Source: Cycas panzhihuaensis
Lineage: Eukaryota > Plantae > Cycadophyta
Assembly: GCA_023213395.1 (NCBI GenBank)
Contig: CM041465.1
Coordinates: forward strand, 168,957,741 to 169,021,740
DNA: 64,000 nucleotides
Direction: 5' to 3'
Part shown: positions 26,235 to 37,187 of the stretch, piece after piece
Numbering within the stretch: position 1 is the first letter of the stretch
How the letters are laid out: each line of letters starts with the position of its first letter
Translations under genes and position numbers: made by a program
The notes under the pieces: generated by a model
Told to the model about the DNA's origin: nothing
The model's database searches: none
Seen by the model: only the letters and a program-made list of their open reading frames with translations

Positions 26235-28769
26235 TGTTTCCCAGCTACTGGTATATTTTCTTACTTTTCTCGCCCATGTTTGATTGAGGTTATTTAGAGT
26301 AGGTTGCTTGACACATGCCTGCCTGCATGCATTGCTTTTCTGCTTACTCATAATGCATGTGCCTACGGCATACTATTAGCCTATGACGACTCACAGTGGG
26401 GGCATTCCTTAGTGAATTCCACACCCCGTATGGCATACAGCCACCCACGGTGTCTCCATGGTTTCCCGGGATTGTTTCTGTCAGTTTTATTTGCTCATGC
26501 TATGACATGTTGCCTATGTTGCAGTCCTTTCTAAGTTCGATTTAATCCTTAGTTAGGACTCTTTGCGTTGTTTTGGGTACTTGCCCATTGCCTGGGCATT
26601 CCCTCAGTTGCTCTAACTCATGATCAGCCTTTGTTTTTGCTTCAAAATTTGGTATTTCTGCTCATTTTTCTCTTTTTTTAATTCCAGGCTGATACCGCGG
26701 TAAACTTAGCGGTACCGCAGAGTTTGCATGCACAGAGTTTGTTGCGATCGCTTGAAATTTAAAAAAAGAGAACCACGCGACAATTTCTGCTTTTTTTGCG
26801 AAACTGCCACGTGGTATTGCTTGATTCGAGGCACCCTGGCATCCCCAACGTTCACCTGCTGTGAATAGGGGATAAAGGGGATTTTACTCCCCATTTTGAG
26901 GACTTTTTGCCTATTTTTCAAACTTCCAAGAAGAATTCCAAAAACTTTATACAAGGAAAACACACAGAAACAGAAAACTTCATGCATAGCAACTGGAAGA
27001 AGGTGAAGTGGGCTGCCATCAGCTAGATTTTGCAGGGCCATTGCTACCCCCTACTACTCTCCATAGCCAGCTCCATTCTTCTTGCAGGTGTTCAGGGTTT
27101 CAAGAGCCTTCTTCACTCAAAAGGCTGCCTCAAAGGTCAACTCCATAGCTCCAAACTTGCAAGGAGCTTCCTTCAACCATGCCTTAGCAAGAACTGCTCA
27201 TAACCAGCCTTTGTTTGTTATCTCTTGCTGATGTTCCAAGTGGAAAAGTGCATGCTTAATCTCTCCACACAAGGTACTCCTTAGTTTTTACTTGCAACTT
27301 CTTATTTTTTACTTGCAACTTCTTTTTTTTTACTTGTAACTCCTTGTTTATACTTGCAACTTTCTTGTTTTTACTAGCAAGTAGTCCATTCATTTCTTCT
27401 TTTCTGTTTTATCCCCTTTGCTTCTAAATGAAAGTGATCCTAGTTAGCCATAGTTCTTCCATGGTGTTGTTCTAGACTAGAGCTACTTTCCCGATGTTTC
27501 CTTCGAGGCCCCTCCACTTTCTCTAAGCTCCCCTTCACTCTTTCCTTAGTTAGCCAGCTTAAGGGCGTATACACGAGGATTCGAGGGAGGTAGGCGGGGT
27601 TCCATCCCCCATTGTTGTCCTTCTCCCCAAGGGTTCTGTCCCTTGTCCTCATCCCCTTGCCATACACGCTTTCTCAAGGAATGGGCTAAGGAAGTTTAGG
27701 GGATTTTGTCAGGGCATTCCAACCGGCCTAAGATAACCCGTCACCATCACATTGCCAACTAATGTTTCCTTCCTGAACTCCATGGAGATCTACTGTGGGT
27801 GAGTTAGCCATCCCGAGGCTATACTCAGTTTTATTTCGTATGTTTTTATGGTACATGGTGGCATGAGTGTTGCTCATATGCTTCCATTTCGTTTTGCTAT
27901 ATTCCGATGCTCAGCCTAGTTCTTAGTTTCAGTTGATTTCAATTTGTATACATATATATATATATCTCTTGGTGTATCTTGCAGCCTCTCTTTCAAGAGG
28001 AAGGTGTCTTTCTTATTTATTTACAGGATCACGCGTTGGTGGGAGTGATACGTGGGACGAACTCGTTGTTGGTTAGCCCCCCCGCACGGTACTCCTCTCT
28101 CTTAGTTTCAAGCCTCTTTTCCGTTCCTTTCGTTTCATCTAGTTTTGCATGCTCAAGGGGAGGTAAGTGAACCCCTTTACCACCGGCGACCGGCGTTGTA
28201 TGCGCGGAGAAAGGAGAAAGAGGGAGTGGGACTTAAAGAGACAAGCCGTACCTCCACTCAAGCGCCGGATCTAGGTATTCCCCTCGCTTCCCGTGTGTTC
28301 CCTTTTACGCTGTTTCCTTTTCATGCATTTGTCTGAATAGATAGGAAATGATAAAAGAACATAAAAGATAAAAGGGGAAAGCATTCATCTTTTTTGCATT
28401 ATTTCCTGCTTTATATAGCATAGCATAGATAACCCATTTGTATCGTACCCGAGCCACTCTTTCGTCGCACCTTTCACCGCATCCGTTCGCAGGTTGGATT
28501 AATTGCCCCTGTCTTCGTTGCCTTCTCATTGCCTTGAGAAGACGCAACGCGCAAGGCGTTCTCTTTCCTTCCTGGCCATCCGAAGGGTAAGAAGGCCTTG
28601 TTTTTACATGGCTACCTGGAAGCAACCAAGCACCTTGCAGTCCCAAACCTGCGCTCCGGCGCACGGATGTCCTGTGAGGTGAGATCCTCGCTGCCTAGCT
28701 TAGTTAGCATAGTGTCTTTTCATATCTCTTTGCTAGACGTAGGATTACCGCCCTGTAGCGAGCGTTTCA
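26235..28769 (+). repeat. 5' LTR of element B
   Basis: TGTTTCCCAG...GCGTTTCA; highly similar to 34630-37182; contains about five TTACTTGCAACT units (27288-27375). Confidence 0.95.
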
Positions 28770-28770
28770 C

Positions 28771-28788
28771 TGGCGACCATACTGGGGA
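28771..28788 (+). promoter_or_regulatory. PBS of B (tRNA-Arg type)
   Basis: TGGCGACCATACTGGGGA, 1 nt after the LTR end. Confidence 0.85.
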
Positions 28789-29079
28789 CTGCCAGTAAGG
28801 GAGCTAAATTCGCTTTCCCTATCTTGTCGGTGTTCTTGCCTCTAGGTAGTTTCATATTCCGTGTTTTCAGTTGGGCAACCCCCAACGTGCTTACTTCGCT
28901 TTCCTTCTTTCTTTTTTTGTTTCTTCTAACAACGCTCGCAAAGGCATTGCATGCGACGTTTTTCACGTCACTTGCGAGGTTTGCCGCCATTGTTAGAAGA
29001 CCAATCACCTCGTTCCCTTCCGTCGTCAAACCCCGATCTGATAATGGAAGGCTACCCGTCCGATTGAGCTTACCATACT

Positions 29080-32000
29080 ATGGCTTCGGGAACTCAAGAG
29101 TTCCCTGCATCTATTCCAGAATCCACCCATGAGGGTGATGATTCCATCTACTATCCAGATGACCAATTCCATCCTGCTGACTTTCATCCTTCCGTTCATG
29201 CAGCGGAAGATTCAACCCCTCACGAGACTCACCACCCCACTGGCAAGCCTTACGAGGAGCATCCTGAGGGATCCCCTACTTTCGAGATCCCGTCGACTTC
29301 GTATGGCTACGAGGATACCCGTCCCACCGACGTAGTCAAAGCGCTTAGCGAGTACTTCCGAGCAACTCGCCGCCAACTGCATCCTAAGTGGTTTGAAGAA
29401 ATGTTGTGCAGTGTAGCATCTTCTTCATCCATGCCTGCGCCTTCTACAACGATCAATGCTTCTACGCGCGCACACTCGTCCTATGCTGTGTCTACTTCGA
29501 CTCCGAGGGCAAGCGTTGCGCCGCCTGTTTCTAGCCGTGGTCCTATTTCTTCAGGACCCGTTCGTGGCATGTCCTTTCCCCAACTTGGGGTCATCATGCC
29601 GCTCCCGAGTCAAATGCATGCGCCACCTTCGAATGTGGCACATGCGTTCCCTAGTAGGCCTCGAGGTCCTACTAGTGCTGCTGCCGTTAACTATGTAGGA
29701 CCCACTCCTTCATACGTTCAAAACTCTGCTGGTGGTCCTTCCCTTTACGTGCCCCCAGGTTACACGTCTCAACCTTGGGGGCAACCTAGGGGAAACCATC
29801 TTCCTATTTATGGGGTGGACCCGTTGCACCCATATGGAGTTGTGCCACCTACAGGCGGCCCATATGGGCAAAACCCGGTCCCTCACCCCTCATTTCTGTC
29901 GTCTAGCGCAACTCCCGTTGCTGCATCATTGCAAGGGAGCATACCTCCCTTCCAGAGCGTTTACCCGTAACCCCTTTTCCAACAAGGGGCGTTTTCCCAA
30001 GGAGGGATGGGTTTACCACCCCCATCTATTCCTTTACCAGTTGTCGATCCATTGGCCCATGTGAGGACATGTCCTTTCGTGGACTATAGGTCGACGCCAT
30101 TGGCTGTTGAGGCACTAAGGACTAACCTGCTGCCTCACCCTCTTGAAGTTCCCAAATTCGACGGAACTTCATCGCAAGATCCAACCGAGCATGTACGTAA
30201 TTTTTCTATGGCGTGCATTAATTATTGGGCTTACGACCACATTTTGATGAAGCTATTCCCACGATCCTTGCAGGGCGATGCCCTCAAGTGGTTTTACCGT
30301 CTTCCTGCTCATTTGATTTCTTCGTTCCAGCAATTGGTGGACGAGTTTGTCAACTATTTTGACGTAGCCTGCCCATTCGAAAGTGGAATGAAAGCGCTTC
30401 TGTCACTTAAACAAGGTCACGACGAGATGAATCGTGACTTTGTGCGACGCTTTCATGATCTTCTTCACTCTACCAAGGCCACGTTACCTGAAGAGTTGAA
30501 GCAAGATCTCTTCGTTAACGCACGTCGCCCCGAAGTGCATGTGGAAGTCCTCAAGATGGGGGCAACCACATGTGACTCCACGATTACGAAGTGCTTGGCG
30601 TTGGAGGCCATTGAGATCCAAGCCGGACTCAAGAAACTTCCTAAGCCCTCACAACGCTGTGAGGCACCTCCCCCAGTGAAGGAAACCAAACCTTCACAGC
30701 CCGTTAGGTCCACCTCTCATCCGACTGAGAGGACCCTAAATCCTCTTACCTCCGCTATTCGCTCGTTTGAGCGCACGATGAAGGAGCTTAAACTCCAACC
30801 TCCTTCGTCACTGACCTCCCATAAACCTGTTCAGCAAGCTTCTCATGCGATGCCCCCCAAAGGGGGTAACACTCAGCCTTCTCAACCCAGGAGGACCGAT
30901 CCTTCCCTTGAGAAGAGGTGGTGTTCCATCCATGGGGAGTGTTTCCATGACGATTCGCATTGCCAGGCACAACACCCACGCGATGCCCCGCCGCGCGATT
31001 CGTCCCCTCGGCGAGCATCGAGGCCTAACCTTAATCAGCCTATTCATAGAGACCCATTCCCCAAACATGGGGAACGTGGTCGTGATGTTCAGCAAAGGAA
31101 CAATCAGAATCGGGATAGGTCCCCCGATTCTCGCCCTTCGAATGGTAGAGGGAAGGGCGTGCGAAGACCATCTTCTTCTTCGCGCTCCCCTAACCACCGT
31201 GCTCCTTCGCCTTCGCAGTCCCGCTACAAGGGAAAGAAGGTTGTCCAATTGCTCGAGACCACTCCGTTATATGCCTTAACCCAGTCCCAAGCTGCTAAAG
31301 AGGCAGTCGATGCCTCTTCATCCACATCTCACCTTGATCCTCTTCCGGAAGCCGTTCCTCCGGAGATTCCTGCGCTTCCCAAGACTATTCCCCTTCACCC
31401 CAGTAGATTCGACTTTAGGAGAGCCCTTACCCAACCCACATAGAAGGGTAAGCCCTTTTCTATCGTTGACGAGCTCCACACCGTCGCTGCGGGAATGTCC
31501 TAGATGGACGTCTTGAGAAGCTGCCCTGAGCAACGTGCTCTTCTTCTTGAAGCGCTTGGCCAACAAGATGCTTCCATCCATGTGATAGGTGCTACCTCTC
31601 ATGGACCACCTGTCATTTCATTTGATCTTAGAAATCTCCCATCTCCCAGCAAGCGAGAGAAGCTTTTGCATTACCCGTTCGTCATTACCATTGACACTCC
31701 TGATTGTATCATAAAGAGGACCATTATGGATAATGGCTCCTCGGTTAATGCTATGCCTGCGCATATGCTCAAGGAGCTAGGCATAGTAGCTCTTGAGTCT
31801 GTCCCTTGGAAATGCCAAGGGAATGATGGGACTGAGAAGTCCCCTTTAGGGATAGTCTTCCTTTCCCTCACCTTAGGGGGGAAAACTGTCTATGTCGAAG
31901 TTGCTGTACTCGATGTTGATGGGAGCGATCTGCTCTACGCAATGGGGGCAACTTAAATTTGTCCATGAAGGACAAGTTAAAGTTGTCGCTCGTGAGCCTA

Positions 32001-32482
32001 TGCCATCTCACACCTCTCATCCAGCCTGCCAAGCTGTTTTCGATGATGAAGATAGTGATCCTGAGGAGGTTACCCCTTCCGTGGGACCTTTGTTTCAGGA
32101 GACCAACCTTCATCAGTCGAACCCTATGCCATGTCATAAGCCAAACCTAGTTAGGTTCACCCCTGTTGGCGTAGGTAGTTATGGTTACTTAGCCATCATG
32201 GGTGATTCTGATTCGGATAGTGAGGGTTATGCATCCTCTCCTCGACATGTCACCCTAGTTTCACGAGCACTCAGGGGAATATCTCGATCGGATATTCCCA
32301 CCCTTCCTCATTCTACATTGGCTCCTGAGCCACTGGTCCTAAACCAGCCATTTATTTTACCTTCTCAGCCTCCCCTAGCAGTTTCACCTAGGCGCCCACA
32401 TCTACGAGCCACTCGCAGAGGTGCTTCTTCTTCACGCTCTAGATCCTTACCTCGGACTAGAGCCACTCTTACTTGGATGTAA
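29080..32482 (+). pseudogene. element B Gag-aspartic protease polyprotein (three in-frame stops, one frameshift)
   Basis: ORFs 29080-29970, 30007-31443 and 31504-31956 share one frame, broken by TAA/TAG at 29968, 31441 and 31501. Gag core VPKFDGT...LFPRSLQGDALKWF; Tat-type CHHC knuckle CSIHGECFHDDSHC; protease IMDNGSSVN; frameshift near 31930 into 31892-32482. Confidence 0.93.
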
Positions 32483-32678
32483 CCTTGCCACGTGATCCGT
32501 CATGTGCCAGGTCCGTTGCACTCAGCTGGTTCTAACCATAGCAAGTTTACTGGTAGGCCTAGCCACACTAGGCCTACTCTTCGTCACCTATCCCCTACCC
32601 TACGTGTGACTACCCCTACCTTTATGGGGTCTAGGCACACCTCTCCCTCTCTTCATGCTTCGAAACGAGCCTAAACTA

Positions 32679-32735
32679 CCATTTTAAATTGTTCCCATTC
32701 CTCCCAACCATGGGTAGAATGGCAATTTAAGGTGG
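32679..32735 (+). other. conserved 3'-UTR RNA hairpin (B)
   Basis: Stems CCATTTTAAATTG/CAATTTAAGGTGG, CCATTC/GAATGG and CCCA-acca-TGGG after GAGCCTAAACTA. Confidence 0.7.
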
Positions 32736-33124
32736 ATTTTCGGTTCTTCTTCCGGTTCCTCCCGCGGAACCCGCATTCCCGTGTGCTCTTGGGAACCTTT
32801 GTCCTCCTATTTGGGCATCCCCCGACTAGGACGACGCTGTGGAGTATCATCACTCCCCTCTCGTGCCTCGCTGCTTCTTCGCATATTCCGCTATGCTCCC
32901 CTGTGGACGTGCATGTTGCTCTATTTCTAACCTCACACCTCTCGATCACCTCTGCTTACAGTGGACGTGTGTGCTCCTATTAGACATATAGCCATACATG
33001 GAAGGAAACACATGCATATTTATAAAAATTTACATATTTACATATTTACATTTACAACATACATAAAATTAACTAAAAAGCATTAAATTTTAAACTTTGA
33101 AATGACGAGGGTTGTGTGAGATCC

Positions 33125-33321
33125 ACTCACTAGGTCTGGCCTAACCGTCGCCATCTCGTCTCTGGGGTCGTAACGACTGTCTCCGCACTTGAATCCGACG
33201 GTCAGATCATCTCCTGCATGCCTCTGAAGTTGGGCAGCGCTCCGCATTGTAAGGAAGAGGCTCTGGTTTCGTACGAGAGCTGGTGAAAATGAATCCAAGT
33301 TTCATTAGTTTTCCTTATATA
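33125..33321 (-). promoter_or_regulatory. antisense promoter (TATA) plus exon 1 and splice donor remnant in B
   Basis: Minus-strand TATATAA at 33321-33315 and GTGAGT at 33130-33125; homologous to 42648-42848 in A. Confidence 0.6.
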
Positions 33322-33850
33322 GGCGGGGGCCCCGACAGGCACTTCTTCCGTTTCTGGCTCTGCGACAGTCGTTGGAACCGTCTCATTGTCCTGATAGCCT
33401 TTGCCTTCTGGCCCTGTCACCCATTGTGCTCTATGGATGCCCTTTCTGCCCTCTCTTGCAAGGGCATTTACGGCGCCTCATTATCGCACTTTTGCTAGGA
33501 CCCTTCTGCATCATTTTACGCGCTACTCCCGTGCATGCCCGAGTTTTTACTTGTTTGGCTCGTTTTGCTACCCTGGACCCATTTTTGCAGCCCTTTCTCA
33601 CCCCTGGGGTCCCCAAAGGAAATGCTCCCCCGGTCTGGGGGCATGTTTTGCTTTCCAAAGCAACCTTTGGCACTCCAGGGCATCTTTTCTCCGCCCACTC
33701 TTAGCCAGTGGCCGGATTGCTTGCTTTCATTCTTGGGTAACCTCATTGCTAGGTCCTCCTACCCTTCTCGGCCCCCTTCATGCTTGACATTCGAGTCTTT
33801 ATTTTGATTTCATTGCTATTTGTGTGATTACCGAAGCTTAGTATTCAGGC

Positions 33851-34286
33851 ATGTCTCTCCTCGTTTTTACCGATGGTGGAAGTCGTGGCAACCCCAGGCC
33901 TTCCGCCGCTGCGTGGATTCTTCGCAGCCCCTCCAGACATGACATCTTGCATTCTGGGGTCTTCCTTCCCGAGGCTACCAATAACGAAGCCGAGTACACT
34001 AGATTATTGAGGCCACGGTGATGCTCTCCATTTCCATTGCAGGTCCATTGTGTTATTTTGTGATTCTCAGGTTGTGGTGTCCCATCTCACCTAGGTCTAC
34101 CAGGTGCAATGCCCCCACCTGAGAACCCTCACGTCTACTGCCAGATCTCTTCTAGCTTGTTTCTTGTCAGTGGATATCTAGCATATTCCTAGGCACCTCA
34201 ACGCTGAGGCCAATGGCCTCGTCCGCTTCATCCTTGAGCGTCGCCTCCCTCTTCTAGGCGACCACCCTGGAGGCTTGCCTGGCTAG
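33851..34286 (+). pseudogene. stand-alone archaeal-type RNase HI (aRH, RVT_3-like) of element B
   Basis: MSLLVFTDGGSRGNPRPSAAAWIL...FLPEATNNEAEYT, two frameshifts near 34000-34020, then IVLFCDSQVVVSHLT*VYQVQCPHLRTL...DI*HIPRHLNAEANGL. Missing from the ORF track. Confidence 0.9.
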
Positions 34287-34629
34287 CCCACGCCCAAGCC
34301 TCTGGTTACTATTAGTTAGATTGCTTGCCCTATTTGCTGGATGCCCTCCTACTTCACGTTGCACTTTAGCAACGGGGGCATCCCCTTTTGCTTGCTTATT
34401 TCAGTTACAGGTCGATGTTTAGACGACGCGTAGGTAGCCCCTACGTTGTCCTCGTCTCTGTTTCCCTTGTCCACGCGTTCTGCCATGACACTCACCCATG
34501 CCCTTGGTCCACGTGCTGCTCTTTGTTGCTTATATATATATATATATATGCATGTGCTACTCATATCTTTGATTGTCAGTATTCGCCATCACGTTACGCT
34601 TCTGAGTAGTGAGGCTCACGCCAAGGCGA

Positions 34630-37182
34630 TGTTCCTAGCCATCGAATGGACTCAAGATGCATCGACGCAAGTTTATTCAGGTATATTTTCTTACTTTTCT
34701 TGCCCATGTTTGATTGAGGTTATTTAGAGTAGGTTGCTTGACACATGCCTGCCTGCACGCATTGCTTTTTTGCTTGCTCATAATGCATGTGCCTATGGCA
34801 CACTATCAGCCTATGACGACTCACAGCGGGGGCATTCCTCATCGAATGCCACACCCCGTATGGCATACAGCCACCCACGGTGTCTCCACAGTTTCCCGAG
34901 ATTGTTTCTGTCAGTTTTATTTGCTCATGCTACGACATGTTACCTATGTTGCAGTCCTTTCTAAGTCCGATTTAATCCTTAGTTAGGACTCTTTGCGTTC
35001 TTTTGGGTACTTGCCCACTGCCTCGGCATTCCCTTAGTTGCTCTAACTCATGATCAGCCTTTGTTTTTGCTTCAAAATTTGGTATTTCTGCTCATTTTTC
35101 TCTTTTTTTAATTCCAGTGACATCTGCGGTAAACTTAATTGTCTGCAGAGTTTACTGCATGATCTGTTGCTTGAAATTTAAAAAAAGAGAACCACGTGAC
35201 AGTTTCTGCTTTTTTCGCGAAACTACCGCATGGCATTGTTTGATTCGAGGCACCCTGGCATCCCCAACGTTCACCTGCTGTGAACAAGGGATAAAGGGGA
35301 TTTTGCTCCCCATTTTGAGGACTTTTTGCCTATTTTTCAAACTTCCAAGAAGAATTCCAAAAACTTTACACAAGGAAAACACACAGAAACAGAAAACTTC
35401 ATGCATAGCAACTGGAAGAAGGTGAAGTGGGCTGCCATCAGCTCGATTTTGTAGGGCCATTGCTGCCTCCTACTACTCTCCACAGCCAGCTCCATTCTTC
35501 TTGTAGGTGTTCAGGGTTTCAAGAGCCTTCTTCACTCAAAAGGCTACCTCAAAGGTCAACTCCATAGCTCCAAACTTGCAAGGAGCTTCCTTCAACCATG
35601 CCCTAGCAAGAACTGCTCATAACCAGCCTCTGTTTGTTATCTCTTGCTGCTGTTCCAAGTGGCAAAGTGCATGCTTAATCTCTCCACACAAGGTACTCCT
35701 TGGTTTTTACTTGCAACTTCTTGTTTTTTACTTGCAACTTCTTTTTTTTTACTTGCAACTCCTTGTTTATACTTGCAACTTTCTTGTTTTTACTGGCAAG
35801 TAGTCCATTCATTTCTTCTTTTCTATTTTATCACCTTTTCTTCTAAATGAAACTGATCCTAGTTAGCCACAGTTCTTCCATGGTGTTATTCTAGACTAGA
35901 GCTACTTTCCTGGTGTTTCCTTGGAGCCCCCTCCACTTTCTCTAAGCTCCCCTTCACTCTTTCTTTAGTTAGCCGGCGTAAGGGCGTATACACGAGGATT
36001 CGAGGGAGGTAGGCGGGGTTCTGTCCCCCATTGTTGTCCTTCTCCCCAAGGGTTTCGTCCCTTGTCCTCATCCCCTTGCCATACACGCTTTCTCAAGGAA
36101 CGGGCTAAGGAAGTTTAGGGAATTTTGTCAGGGCATTCCAACCGGCCTAAGATAACCCGTCACCATCACATTGCCAACTAGTGTTTCCTTCCCGAACTCC
36201 GTGGAGATCTCCCGTGGGTGAGTTAGCCATCCGGAGGCTATACTCAGTTCTATTTCGTATGTTTTTATGGTACATGGTGGCATGAGTGTTGCTCATATGC
36301 TTTCATTTCATTTTGCTATATTCTGATGCTCAGCCTAGTTCTTAGTTTCAGTTGATTTCAATTTGTATACATATATATATATATCTTGGTGTATCTTGCA
36401 GCCTCTCTTTCGAGAGGAAGGTGTCTTTCTTACTTGTTTGCAGGATCGCGCATTGGTGGGAGTGATACGTGAGATCTAACTCGTTCGGTTAGCCCCCACC
36501 TGCACTCCTCTCTCTTAGTTTCAAGCCTCTTTTCCGTTCCTTTCGTTTCATCTAGTTTTGCATGCTCAAGGGGAGGTAAGTGAACCCCTTTACCACCGGC
36601 GACCGGCATTGCATGCGCGGAGAAAGGAGAAAGAAGGAGTGGGACTTAAAGAGACAAGCCGTACCTCCACTCAAGCACCGGATCCAGGTATTCCCCTCGC
36701 TTCCCGTATGTTCCCTTTTACGCTGTTTCCTTTCCATGCATTTGTCTGAATATATAGGAAATGATAAAAGAACATAAAAGATAAAAGGGGAAAGCATTCA
36801 TCTTTTTTGCATTATTTCCTGCTTTATATAGCGTAGCATAGATAACCCATTTGTATCATACTCGAGCCACTCTTCCGTCACACCTTTCACCGCATCTGTT
36901 TGCACATTGGATTAGTTGCCCCTGTCTTCGTTGCCTTCTCATTGCCTTGAGAAGACGCAACGCGCAAGGCATTCCCTTTCCTTCCCGGCCATCCGAAGGG
37001 TAGGAAGGCCTTGTTTTTGCACAGCTACCTGGGAGCAACCAGGCACCTTGCAGTCCCAAACCTACACTCCGGCGCACAGACGTCCTACGAGGTGAGATCC
37101 TCGCTGCCTAGCTTAGTTAGCATAGTGTCTTTTCATATCTCTTTGCTAGACGTAGGATCACTGCCCCGTAGCAAGCGTTTCA
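34630..37182 (+). repeat. 3' LTR of element B
   Basis: Starts TGTTCCTAGCC after a degenerate PPT (GCCAAGGCGA, aligned to A's GCTAAGGGGGCAA); clearly collinear with the 5' LTR from 34680; ends GCGTTTCA. Confidence 0.9.
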
Positions 37183-37187
37183 TCTTC

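Larger units (their letters stand above)
26235..37182 (+). mobile_element. element B: non-autonomous Tat-like LTR element (Gag-PR plus stand-alone RNase H; no RT, RH or INT)
   Basis: LTRs 26235-28769 and about 34630-37182; perfect TSD TCTTC (26230-26234, 37183-37187); A's RT motif ..AFTLP....KVIPFGLKN rejoins across it; CpG-rich and less decayed than A. Confidence 0.95.

Noticed and set aside
26304-28798. Many short ORFs in B's LTRs, repeated at 34714-37214
   Set aside because: Expected in GC-richer, less decayed DNA; no motifs and inconsistent ends between copies.
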